Positions 9,507 to 17,071 of a stretch of DNA of 64,000 nt are shown in pieces. The notes under the pieces were generated by a model. It searched no databases and was not told the origin of the DNA. It saw nothing but the letters and a program-made list of their open reading frames with translations. The stretch's first letter is position 1. Each line of letters starts with the position of its first letter. The stretch is taken from the NCBI GenBank assembly GCA_009693235.1, contig SHXR01000009.1:2195-66194 (forward strand), read 5' to 3'. The stretch is from Betaproteobacteria bacterium. GTDB taxonomy: Bacteria; Pseudomonadota; Gammaproteobacteria; Burkholderiales; SG8-39. The position numbers and the translations under genes are program-made.

Positions 9507-10070
9507 ATGGTCAGGCGTGTTGTCACCGGGCATGATGAAAATGGGCGGGTTATCGTTGTCTCCGATGGTCCGGCCCCGTTCGTGCATACGGCGGCTGCGC
9601 GCGTCGGCTATTCCTCGACCGACATCTGGCGCACCAATGCAACGCCTGCCCCAATCGTTGCCAACGCACCCGAGCCAACGCTTGGGCCGCGGCGGCAATT
9701 ACCAAACAAGCAGGGCACCGTAATACGCATCAATCGGATCGAACCAGAGTCGGTGGCGGTCCGCAACATGAGCCAGGAGGAGGCGAAGAAGGCGTTCGCC
9801 GCGCTGGGTAACGAGAAGGCCTCGACCTTCAGCCAGACCGGGCGGCATCCGATGATGCATCGTACCGAGACCATCGATTACGCAATTGTATTGTCAGGCG
9901 AAATCTACTGCGTGCTCGACGATTCGGAAGTGCTGCTCAAGGTGGGCGATGTGCTCGTGCAATGCGGGACGAATCATGCGTGGAGCAACCGGTCGAACGC
10001 GGTGTGCGAGATCGCGTTCATCTTGATCGATGGCGAATTCGACTCCGGGCTTGCGGCGAAGCTAGCGTAG
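9507..10070 (+). CDS. cupin domain protein
   Basis: 187 aa. The ATG directly follows the preceding TAG. The C-terminal half (HRTETIDYAIVLSGEIYCVLDD...GDVLVQCGTNHAW) looks like a cupin barrel. Confidence 0.65.
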   Translation: MVRRVVTGHDENGRVIVVSDGPAPFVHTAAARVGYSSTDIWRTNATPAPIVANAPEPTLGPRRQLPNKQGTVIRINRIEPESVAVRNMSQEEAKKAFAALGNEKASTFSQTGRHPMMHRTETIDYAIVLSGEIYCVLDDSEVLLKVGDVLVQCGTNHAWSNRSNAVCEIAFILIDGEFDSGLAAKLA

Positions 10071-10083
10071 GGTCGTACCGTAA

Positions 10084-10108
10084 GGTGGAAAAATGAAGGC
10101 ATTCCACC
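10084..10108. repeat. REP-like hairpin between convergent genes (GGTGGAA-N11-TTCCACC)
   Basis: 7-bp perfect stem. It shares its architecture and flanks (GTARGG...GCATTCCRCCAC) with the hairpin at 27710-27735. No clear T-tract. Confidence 0.5.
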
Positions 10109-10129
10109 ACCAATGCGCATGGCCACTTC

Positions 10130-11167
10130 CTAATCAATCGCAATCTTCCGCGCTTCGACCACCCGCCGCCATTTCACGATTTCCTTTTCGATGAAGGCGG
10201 CGGTTTCGTCCGGCGTTGAAGGCCGCGGCGTCCCGCCCAGATCGCTGAACCGCTGCCGGATATCGGGCAGCGCGAGCATCTTATGAAACTCTTCAGTCAG
10301 GCGTTGCACGATCGGCCCGGGCGTTCCGCGTGGTGCCGCCATGCCGATGAAGGATGTCGTTTCAAATCCCGGTAATCGCTCGGCGACGGCTGGCAGATCA
10401 GGCATGTGCGGCACACGCTGCGCCGAGGTAATCGCGAGCGCGCGTACCTTGCCTGCTTGCAAATGGGTGGACGCAAGCGTCAGCGTTTCAAACAGCACAT
10501 CGATGCGACCCGTCATGACTTCGGTGACGGTTTCTGCGCTGCTCTTGTACGGGATGTGCAGCATCTCGACGCCTGCGGTAGCGCAAAACAATTCGCCGGC
10601 CAGGTGGATGAGACTGCGTACGCCAGGCGATGGAAAGGTGAGCTTGCCGGGATTCGCCTTGGCGGTCGCGATGAGATCGTCGATGGACCGGAGCGGTGAA
10701 TCAGGACGCACGATCGCCACCAGGGGATAGGTAAAGATCGTGGTGAGCCATGCGAAGTCGCGGACCGGATCATAGGGCAGCTTGCGCTGTGTTGCGGCGA
10801 CGGTGGGAAATGCGCCGCTCACCAGTAAAATCGTATAACCATCGGCCGGTGCTTTGGCGACAAAGTCGTTTGCGATCATGGTGCCCGCGCCCGGTTTGCT
10901 TTCGACGATCACCGGTTGCTTGAGGGATTCGCCGAGCTTTTGGGCGATCAGTCGACCGACCAGATCGACATTGCCGCCTGGCGGGAAGCCATTGATGATG
11001 CGGATCGGGCGGGAGGGATAGTCCTGCGCGTGAACGGATATCGAGGTACAGACGGCGAAGAACGTGGCGAGGAGCAGATGGATGCGTATGATCGATGACT
11101 TATGTTGAACCGCAAGGGACGCAATGGACGCAATGGAGAGCTTAAAAGGGGTTCGCAGCAGAGCCAT
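10130..11167 (-). CDS. Bug/TctC-family tripartite tricarboxylate transporter substrate-binding protein
   Basis: Contains YPSRPIRIINGFPPGGNVD...IVESKPGAGTMIA...PADGYTILL, the hallmark Bug-family N-terminal pattern. No ATG/GTG/TTG lies closer to the signal peptide than 11167. Confidence 0.85.
   Translation of the reverse strand: MALLRTPFKLSIASIASLAVQHKSSIIRIHLLLATFFAVCTSISVHAQDYPSRPIRIINGFPPGGNVDLVGRLIAQKLGESLKQPVIVESKPGAGTMIANDFVAKAPADGYTILLVSGAFPTVAATQRKLPYDPVRDFAWLTTIFTYPLVAIVRPDSPLRSIDDLIATAKANPGKLTFPSPGVRSLIHLAGELFCATAGVEMLHIPYKSSAETVTEVMTGRIDVLFETLTLASTHLQAGKVRALAITSAQRVPHMPDLPAVAERLPGFETTSFIGMAAPRGTPGPIVQRLTEEFHKMLALPDIRQRFSDLGGTPRPSTPDETAAFIEKEIVKWRRVVEARKIAID
11117..11137. repeat. tandem 9-mer GGACGCAAT x2.3, inverted partner of 11220-11244
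   Basis: Read directly in the sequence. Lies inside the first codons of the tctC-like gene (translated SIASIAS). Confidence 0.9.
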
Positions 11168-11219
11168 TGTGCCCCGAGTTCATGCCAGACCGATAGAATG
11201 GGCTGCATTCCAACAACCC

Positions 11220-11244
11220 TTTGCGTCCTTCGCGTCCTTTGCGG
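11220..11244. repeat. tandem 9-mer TTYGCGTCC x2.8 (reverse complement of the GGACGCRAA units at 11117-11137)
   Basis: Read directly in the sequence. Lies in the divergent intergenic region. Confidence 0.9.
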
Positions 11245-11289
11245 TTCAATAATTTGCTTGGGATCGAATGAGCCGCCAGTGAGGACTCC

Positions 11290-12327
11290 GTGTCTGTGAT
11301 TCCCAAGCTTCTTCCTACCACCGTCGTGGGCAGCTATCCGCAGCCGGATTGGTTGATCAATCGCCAACTCTTGTCGAAAGTGGTGCCGCGGGTGCCGATG
11401 CGGGAGATGTGGCGGATATCGGAGCAGTTTCGCGCCGAGGCCCAGGACGGCGCCACGATTGTCGCGATCCGCGATATGGAGCGGGCCGGGATCGACATCA
11501 TCACCGACGGCGAAATGCGGCGCGAAAGCTATTCGAACTATTTTGCCTCGACGCTCGATGGCATCGATACCGAAAGTCCGGGCCGTATCATCAACCGTGC
11601 CGGACGCGAAACGCTGGTGCCTCGCGTGGTGGGAAAGATCACCCGCAAACATGCCGTGGAGGTGCGCGATCTGGAATTCCTACGGCGCCACACTGATCGT
11701 GTGACCAAAGTGACGTTACCCGGCCCGTTCACCATGGCCCAGCAGGCGCAAAACGAGTGGTATCCCGATGTCGAAGCGATGATCATGGACCTCGCGGCGG
11801 CGGTCAACGCGGAACTGCTTGATCTTCAGGCCGCGGGGGCGGATGTGATTCAGATCGACGAGCCGTGGCTGCGCAATGATCCGGAGGCCGCCAAGCGTTA
11901 CGCGGTGCCGGCCATCAATCGCGCATTACGAGGGATCTCGGTGCCGACCGTCATCCATCTATGCTTTGGCTATGCCGCAGTGGTGCCGGGCCTTAAACCC
12001 ACCGGCTATTCGTTTCTGCCGCAGCTTGCGGAGACCACGGTTCAGCAAATTTCGATCGAGGCGGCGCAAGCCAAGGTGGATCTGGGGGTACTCACGGATC
12101 TTTCGGCCAAGAAAATCGTTCTTGGCGTGATCGATCTGGGCAACCAGGCGATCGAGACGCCTGAGATTGTCGCTGGGCGCATTCGCGCCGGACTGAAATT
12201 CGTGAGCGCGGAGCGCCTGATTCCGGCACCCGATTGCGGGATGAAGTACCTGCAACGCGACGTGGCGTTCGGGAAGTTGCAGGCGCTGAGCGTGGGGGCT
12301 GCGATCGTTCGCAGTGAGTTGGGGTGA
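11290..12327 (+). CDS. cobalamin-independent methionine synthase (MetE) C-terminal-domain-like Zn alkyltransferase, short form
   Basis: 345 aa with a GTG start after GAGGA. Contains TTVVGSYPQPDWL, ITDGEMRRE, HLCFGY (His-x-Cys) and PDCGM, which match the MetE catalytic-domain Zn ligand pattern. Confidence 0.8.
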   Translation: MSVIPKLLPTTVVGSYPQPDWLINRQLLSKVVPRVPMREMWRISEQFRAEAQDGATIVAIRDMERAGIDIITDGEMRRESYSNYFASTLDGIDTESPGRIINRAGRETLVPRVVGKITRKHAVEVRDLEFLRRHTDRVTKVTLPGPFTMAQQAQNEWYPDVEAMIMDLAAAVNAELLDLQAAGADVIQIDEPWLRNDPEAAKRYAVPAINRALRGISVPTVIHLCFGYAAVVPGLKPTGYSFLPQLAETTVQQISIEAAQAKVDLGVLTDLSAKKIVLGVIDLGNQAIETPEIVAGRIRAGLKFVSAERLIPAPDCGMKYLQRDVAFGKLQALSVGAAIVRSELG

Positions 12328-12404
12328 TACGGCACCCAAACAACCGTCACCCCGGACAGTGATCCGGGGTCCAGGCGTTGTGACGCACGAATTCTGGATC
12401 CCGG

Positions 12405-12436
12405 TTGGTTCTAATCGCGCTTGGTTCTAATCGCGA
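12405..12436. repeat. 16-bp tandem duplication TTGGTTCTAATCGCG(C/A) x2 spanning the aldolase stop codon
   Basis: Read directly. The second copy contains the last three codons and the TAG of the 12427..13221 gene. Confidence 0.9.
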
Positions 12437-13221
12437 TAGTCGGGCTCTTTGCGGTCAAGCATCCGCTTCAACGCATCGAAGTGATGCTCATAGCTTGGTT
12501 TGCCGCCGTATTTTGGGCTGCGCGTGCCCGCTTGATCCATCGTCTTGTCGACAATCGCTTGCGGGAGCTCTTTGAGCTTCTGGCCGGTCCACATCGCATA
12601 GATCTGCACTTGCGCCACGCGCTCGGTGTAGTAGAGGAGGTCATAGGCCTCGGCGACCGAGCGGCCAACCGTGAGGACACCATGATTGGCCATGAACAGC
12701 ACCTTGTTCTTGCCGAGAATGCCATTCAAGCGCTCACCCTCCGCGGGGTCGAACGCCGGGCCGGCATAGAGGTCGTCGTACGCCGTGTGGCGCATCAGGA
12801 TCGCCTCGGTTTGCCCGATCGGCTTGATGCGTGGATCTTCCAATCGAGAGAGCGCGCTGGCGAATGGCATGTGCGTATGCATCACGCATACCGCATCCTT
12901 GTTCAATCGGTGAATCGGGGCGTGAATGCAAAACGCCGAAAGCTCAACTTCGCCTTCACCGACCAGCGGCTTGGGCTCCGCGTAGGAGACTTCCATGAAC
13001 GAGCTCGCACTGATCTCGGACCAATGCAGGCCAAACGGAATCTGGTAATAGCGATCGGTCTTGCCCGGAACAGCGCAGGTCAAGTGATTGAAGATGCCTT
13101 CGCTAAAGCCGTGCATATGGGCCAGCCGGTGCGCGGCGGCCAGATCCACACGCATGCGCCATTCGGCGGTGTCTTTGCTGGGGGTCTTTGCGGCTGTTGA
13201 TGCCTTTTTCACCAATTCCAT
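12427..13221 (-). CDS. class II aldolase/adducin-family protein
   Basis: Contains AAAHRLAHMHGFSEGIFNHLT...MHTHMPFASAL...FMANHGVLTVGRSVAEAY, a typical class II aldolase/adducin N-terminal domain. Has a GGAGAC RBS. Confidence 0.85.
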   Translation of the reverse strand: MELVKKASTAAKTPSKDTAEWRMRVDLAAAHRLAHMHGFSEGIFNHLTCAVPGKTDRYYQIPFGLHWSEISASSFMEVSYAEPKPLVGEGEVELSAFCIHAPIHRLNKDAVCVMHTHMPFASALSRLEDPRIKPIGQTEAILMRHTAYDDLYAGPAFDPAEGERLNGILGKNKVLFMANHGVLTVGRSVAEAYDLLYYTERVAQVQIYAMWTGQKLKELPQAIVDKTMDQAGTRSPKYGGKPSYEHHFDALKRMLDRKEPDYRD

Positions 13222-13456
13222 TGCGGGTCTCCGGTTGCGGGGGATCTGAACCCCTGATGAGTCATGGCAGATGGGGGCTATGCCTGCCGCATGATAGCAA
13301 TTCGCGGGCGAGGTGAGCGATTCGATCGGCGGGCCGATTCTTCGGCGGGCAGCCGATTACGCTCGGAATGTCTACAATCGATCCATCGTCGCCGCGCGAT
13401 CACGAGTGAAGTGCCGAATCCGGCGATCCCTCTGCAGATTCTGGAGCGAATTGATT

Positions 13457-14416
13457 ATGGCTTGCCGGTTCACCCTGTTCGTCTTGTCCATCGTGTTGGC
13501 GAACGCCGTCGCTGCGCAGTCGTTTCCCAACAAGCCGTTGCGCATCATTCAAGGATCCGCACCGGGCGGCAACGCCGATACCGCCGCGCGTTTGCTTGGA
13601 CAAGGGATGCAAAAAGCGCTTGGGCAACCGATCATCGTCGACACGCGCCTGGGTGGGGCAGGGCGCATTGCCGCCGACGCCGTGGCCAAGGCCGCACCGG
13701 ACGGTTACACGATGCTGCTCATCACCGGCGGTCATGTGACGACCGGCGCGGCGTCAAAGTCATTACCCTATGACACGGACAAAAGCTTCGCGTGGATCTC
13801 CATGGCGAGCGAATTCCCATTTATGCTGGTGGTGCGTGCCGATTCAAAGCTCCAGAACTTGGCCGCGGTGCTCGCCGAAGCGCGCGCCAAGCCACAGACC
13901 GTCACGTTCGGTTCATCAGGCACGGGCGCAACACTGCACCTCGTTGGCGAACTGATGGGGCGAATGGCGAACGTGGAGCTGGTCCATGTCCCCTATAAAG
14001 GCGAGTCGCAGGCGATGACGGCAATTCTAGCGGGTGACATCAACTTTTCCGTGGCAACGCCAACGACCGCGGTGGGTCAAGTGAACGGCGGCAAAGTGAA
14101 GGCGATCGCAGTGTCCTCCGCAACCCGTTGGCCCGGTATGCCGGACGTACCGACCATCGCGGAGGCAGGCGTGCCCGGCTACGATGTGCGCTCTTGGCTC
14201 GGGCTGGCGACGACTGGCGGAACGCCGCGCGCGGTGGTCGATCGCTTGCATGAAGCGATGATGGTCGCGCTCAAAGAGCCCGAAGTCAAAGCGCGACTGG
14301 AAGCGATGGGCGGCACGGTGCGTGGCAGCACACCCGATGAAACCCGCCAACGCGTCGTGTCGGAACTTGCGCGGTGGAACAAGGTGATCACTGAGGCGAA
14401 TATTCCGCGGGAGTAA
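13457..14416 (+). CDS. Bug/TctC-family substrate-binding protein
   Basis: Signal peptide MACRFTLFVLSIVLANAVAA, then FPNKPLRIIQGSAPGGNAD...PDGYTMLL. A GGAGCG RBS precedes ATG 13457. Confidence 0.85.
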   Translation: MACRFTLFVLSIVLANAVAAQSFPNKPLRIIQGSAPGGNADTAARLLGQGMQKALGQPIIVDTRLGGAGRIAADAVAKAAPDGYTMLLITGGHVTTGAASKSLPYDTDKSFAWISMASEFPFMLVVRADSKLQNLAAVLAEARAKPQTVTFGSSGTGATLHLVGELMGRMANVELVHVPYKGESQAMTAILAGDINFSVATPTTAVGQVNGGKVKAIAVSSATRWPGMPDVPTIAEAGVPGYDVRSWLGLATTGGTPRAVVDRLHEAMMVALKEPEVKARLEAMGGTVRGSTPDETRQRVVSELARWNKVITEANIPRE

Positions 14417-14422
14417 ATGCTG

Positions 14423-14469
14423 AAAAGGGAAAAGGGAAAAGGGAAACGGGAAACGGGAAACGGGAAGGG
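14423..14469 (+). repeat. heptanucleotide tandem repeat (AAAAGGG x3, AAACGGG x3, AAGGG) giving seven GGG tracts
   Basis: Read directly. Fills most of the 63-bp gap between convergent genes. Confidence 0.95.
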
Positions 14470-14479
14470 TACGGCGGTA

Positions 14480-15013
14480 TTACGCACTCACGCCAGGCCG
14501 CGCATCCACCGTTCGCATGAACACCTGCATACCGTAGTGAAACGCGATGAACGCGCCTAACTCCATAATCTGCGCCTCGCTGTAGTGCTCCTTGAAGCGC
14601 GCATAGAACGCGGCGTCGTTCTGGTCGGCGTCCAAATACATCTGCACGGCGAATTGGATGGCTAGCTTCTCGGCCGGGGTGTACGGACCCTCATTGAATT
14701 TTGTGGCGGCCGCGATCCTTTCTTCCGTCAATCCACTTGCTTTTGCTTGCTTGGATCGAAGGGTGCCGAAGTACGAATCGCCTGCGATGCCGGCCAACCG
14801 AACGCGAATGATCTCCTTCAACCGGTGATCGACGTTGCCTTCGGTGTGCGACATGAGGAGGGCGCGCAGCAGTGCCTTTGCGTAGCTCGGCACATGCGCA
14901 AGGATGCGCGGGAACACCGCATCGGGAACGCCCAACTTCTCGCAGCGTGTGATGAGATCGCGTAATTCCGGATCGGTAATCGATGCCATTGCCAGCGGTT
15001 GGATGTTGGGCAT
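14480..15013 (-). CDS. carboxymuconolactone decarboxylase (CMD)/AhpD-like family protein
   Basis: 177 aa, paralogous to the 15017..15634 gene. Contains HRLKEIIRVRLAGI...PAEKLAIQFA...IMELGAFIAFHYG. Its ATG lies 3 nt after the upstream gene's stop, with a GAGGG RBS inside that gene. Confidence 0.8.
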   Translation of the reverse strand: MPNIQPLAMASITDPELRDLITRCEKLGVPDAVFPRILAHVPSYAKALLRALLMSHTEGNVDHRLKEIIRVRLAGIAGDSYFGTLRSKQAKASGLTEERIAAATKFNEGPYTPAEKLAIQFAVQMYLDADQNDAAFYARFKEHYSEAQIMELGAFIAFHYGMQVFMRTVDARPGVSA

Positions 15014-15016
15014 CGT

Positions 15017-15634
15017 TCAGGCCCTCGCCGCTTGCAGGGATATCGGTGCATCGCCGTAGAGGCGGACCGACTCTTCCTGACTGATCAGGCGTCCATCTGG
15101 GGAGAACATCGGATAGAACTTGAGCGTGCCAAAGAATGTGTGATAGCCGATATTCATGCCAACAAAGCTGCCCAACTCGACGATTTCTTCTTCCGAGTAA
15201 TGCTGACGCAACTCGTCATAGAACGCGGCGCCTATCGCGCCCGGGTTGAGCGCCATCGTTTCGCTATAGCGCAGGGCTATTTTTTCCGCGGGACTGAGCT
15301 TGGTGCTGGCCCCGTAGTTGTTGATGCCATCGTCGAGATTTTCTTCTGAAAGCCCTTGCCACTTCGCCGAAGCGGACCGGACATTCCCTCAATACGTACA
15401 GGCGACCAGGCGTGAGAGTTGCACGCGAATGATCTCTTTCAGCTTATGGGGCACCCGGCCGGTATTGAAGACGGTATTCCAGGCGACAAACATCGCTTCA
15501 GCGAGATCGACGTTGTGGCCCATCATCGCGTGAAAGCCGGGATCGGGCGCCTTGTTCTTGAGGCACATCTCGATGTAGGGTGCGAGCTTGGTCTTCTTCA
15601 GATCGTCGATATCGAGCATCGTGATATTGGGCAT
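15017..15634 (-). CDS. CMD/AhpD-like family protein with one in-frame TGA (15389-15391); either a candidate selenoprotein or a recent nonsense pseudogene
   Basis: The single frame is open for 205 codons apart from one TGA. Both halves are homologous to the downstream paralog. The context is C-T-Y-TGA. AAGGAGA RBS. Confidence 0.55.
15359..15375 (-). other. sense-strand hairpin 14-30 nt 3' of the in-frame UGA (SECIS-like position)
   Basis: mRNA CCGCUUC-GGC-GAAGUGG forms 7 bp including one G-U pair. The opposite strand would have an A-C mismatch at that position. Confidence 0.35.
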
Positions 15635-15718
15635 TGCTGTCTCCTTGCACCATTGGTGCCCGCATTATGCGCGATAAGCTATCCTTGTCTCTTGTTTCTT
15701 GCCTCTAGTCGCTTGATC

Positions 15719-16597
15719 ATGAAACCCACGCCCTTTGACTACGCATCACCCGCCACCCTTGCCGAGGCCGTCTCACTGCTGTCGGCACGCGATGCGAACG
15801 CCATGCCGATTGCGGGCGGGCAAAGTCTGATGCCGGTGCTCGCTTTTCGGCTGGCTGCACCGAAGCTGCTGGTGGATCTGCGACGCATTCCCGGGCTTAA
15901 TCGCATTGAGACCAACAGCGAAGGCGTTCACCTTGGCGCGATGGTGCGCTGGCGTGATATCGAAGATGATGCACGGCTTGATAACGCCCATCCGTTATTG
16001 AAAGCGGCGATCGAGCATGTGGCGCACTACCAGATTCGTAATCGCGGCACGATCGGCGGCAGCCTCGCCCATGCTGATCCTGCTGCCGAACTTCCCGGCA
16101 TTGCGGTGACTTGTGATGGGATCATAAATGCCGCTGGTCCGAACGGGGCGCGTACCATTCGCGCCGCCGAGTTTTTTCTCGGGCCCCTGAGTACCGCACT
16201 GAAAACCGGCGAAATCATCACGGGTCTGCAACTATCGCCGTGGTCGGTGGCGCGACGGTGGGGCTTCGAGGAGATATCGCGTCGTCGTGGTGATTTTGCG
16301 ATCACCGCGATCGGTCTTTTCTACGACACCGACGCAGCCGGCCGGGCAGCGAATACGCATATCGGCGTTATTGGCGCATGCCGGCGACCACATCGCATTG
16401 CAGAAGCTGAGGCGGCTCTCAACGGATGTGCCGTCAATGACGCATCCATTCTTGCCGCGGCGAAAGTGGCTGCAACGGCGGTCGATCCCCCAGAAGATTT
16501 GCATGCGCCCGCGCGTTATCGACGCGCCTTGGTTGAGACTTTGGTCGAGCGCGCGTTGCGTCAGGCGGCGGCTCGATCCACGCGCGGGAACACTTGA
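15719..16597 (+). CDS. molybdopterin dehydrogenase FAD-binding (medium, CoxM-like) subunit of a xanthine dehydrogenase/CO dehydrogenase-family enzyme
   Basis: Contains FDYASPATLAEAVSLL...PIAGGQSLMPVLAFRLA...IRNRGTIGGSLAHADPAAELP, a typical FAD_binding_5 domain. Confidence 0.85.
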   Translation: MKPTPFDYASPATLAEAVSLLSARDANAMPIAGGQSLMPVLAFRLAAPKLLVDLRRIPGLNRIETNSEGVHLGAMVRWRDIEDDARLDNAHPLLKAAIEHVAHYQIRNRGTIGGSLAHADPAAELPGIAVTCDGIINAAGPNGARTIRAAEFFLGPLSTALKTGEIITGLQLSPWSVARRWGFEEISRRRGDFAITAIGLFYDTDAAGRAANTHIGVIGACRRPHRIAEAEAALNGCAVNDASILAAAKVAATAVDPPEDLHAPARYRRALVETLVERALRQAAARSTRGNT

Positions 16598-16599
16598 TC

Positions 16600-17064
16600 A
16601 TGACGATTCAGTTCGAGGTCAATGGCAAGGCGGTGAAGGTGGAGGTCGAGCCGCGCACGCACCTTGCGGATTGCTTGCGACATGGGCTTGGACTTACCGG
16701 CACCCACGTCGGCTGCGAGCATGGCGTATGTGGTGCATGCACGGTGATCGTCAATGGCGAGGCGGTAAGGTCGTGTCTCATGCTCGCCGTACAAGCGGAG
16801 GGTGCGAAGATCATCACGGTCGAGGGATTGAGCCGTGATGAAGCGCTCTCACCCTTGCAGGCCGCGTTTCGCAAGCACCATGCTTTGCAATGTGGCTTCT
16901 GCACACCCGGCATGATCACGACGGCCCATGCCTTGCTCACCGATGAACCCGATGCCGACATAAAGCGCATCCGCGAGGTACTGTCGGGCAATCTGTGTCG
17001 CTGCACCGGCTACATCCCGATCGTCGAGGCGGTGATGGAGGCCCGGGCCGCTTACCGCAAGTAG
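16600..17064 (+). CDS. (2Fe-2S)-binding small (CoxS-like) subunit
   Basis: Contains GCEHGVCGACTV...CGFCTPGMI...LCRCTGY, both Fe-S cluster motifs. Confidence 0.9.
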   Translation: MTIQFEVNGKAVKVEVEPRTHLADCLRHGLGLTGTHVGCEHGVCGACTVIVNGEAVRSCLMLAVQAEGAKIITVEGLSRDEALSPLQAAFRKHHALQCGFCTPGMITTAHALLTDEPDADIKRIREVLSGNLCRCTGYIPIVEAVMEARAAYRK

Positions 17065-17071
17065 CGTGACG

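Noticed and set aside
14423-14469. Heptamer repeat as a CRISPR array or phase-variation tract
   Set aside because: The units are 7 bp with no spacers and no cas genes, so this is not CRISPR. The repeat lies 3' of both flanking genes, so length changes cannot shift a reading frame or promoter spacing.
16900-17071. LexA (SOS) box in front of dinB
   Set aside because: No CTGT-N8-ACAG or similar palindrome is present in the 3' end of the coxS-like gene. Only direct CTGT...CTGT repeats occur there.
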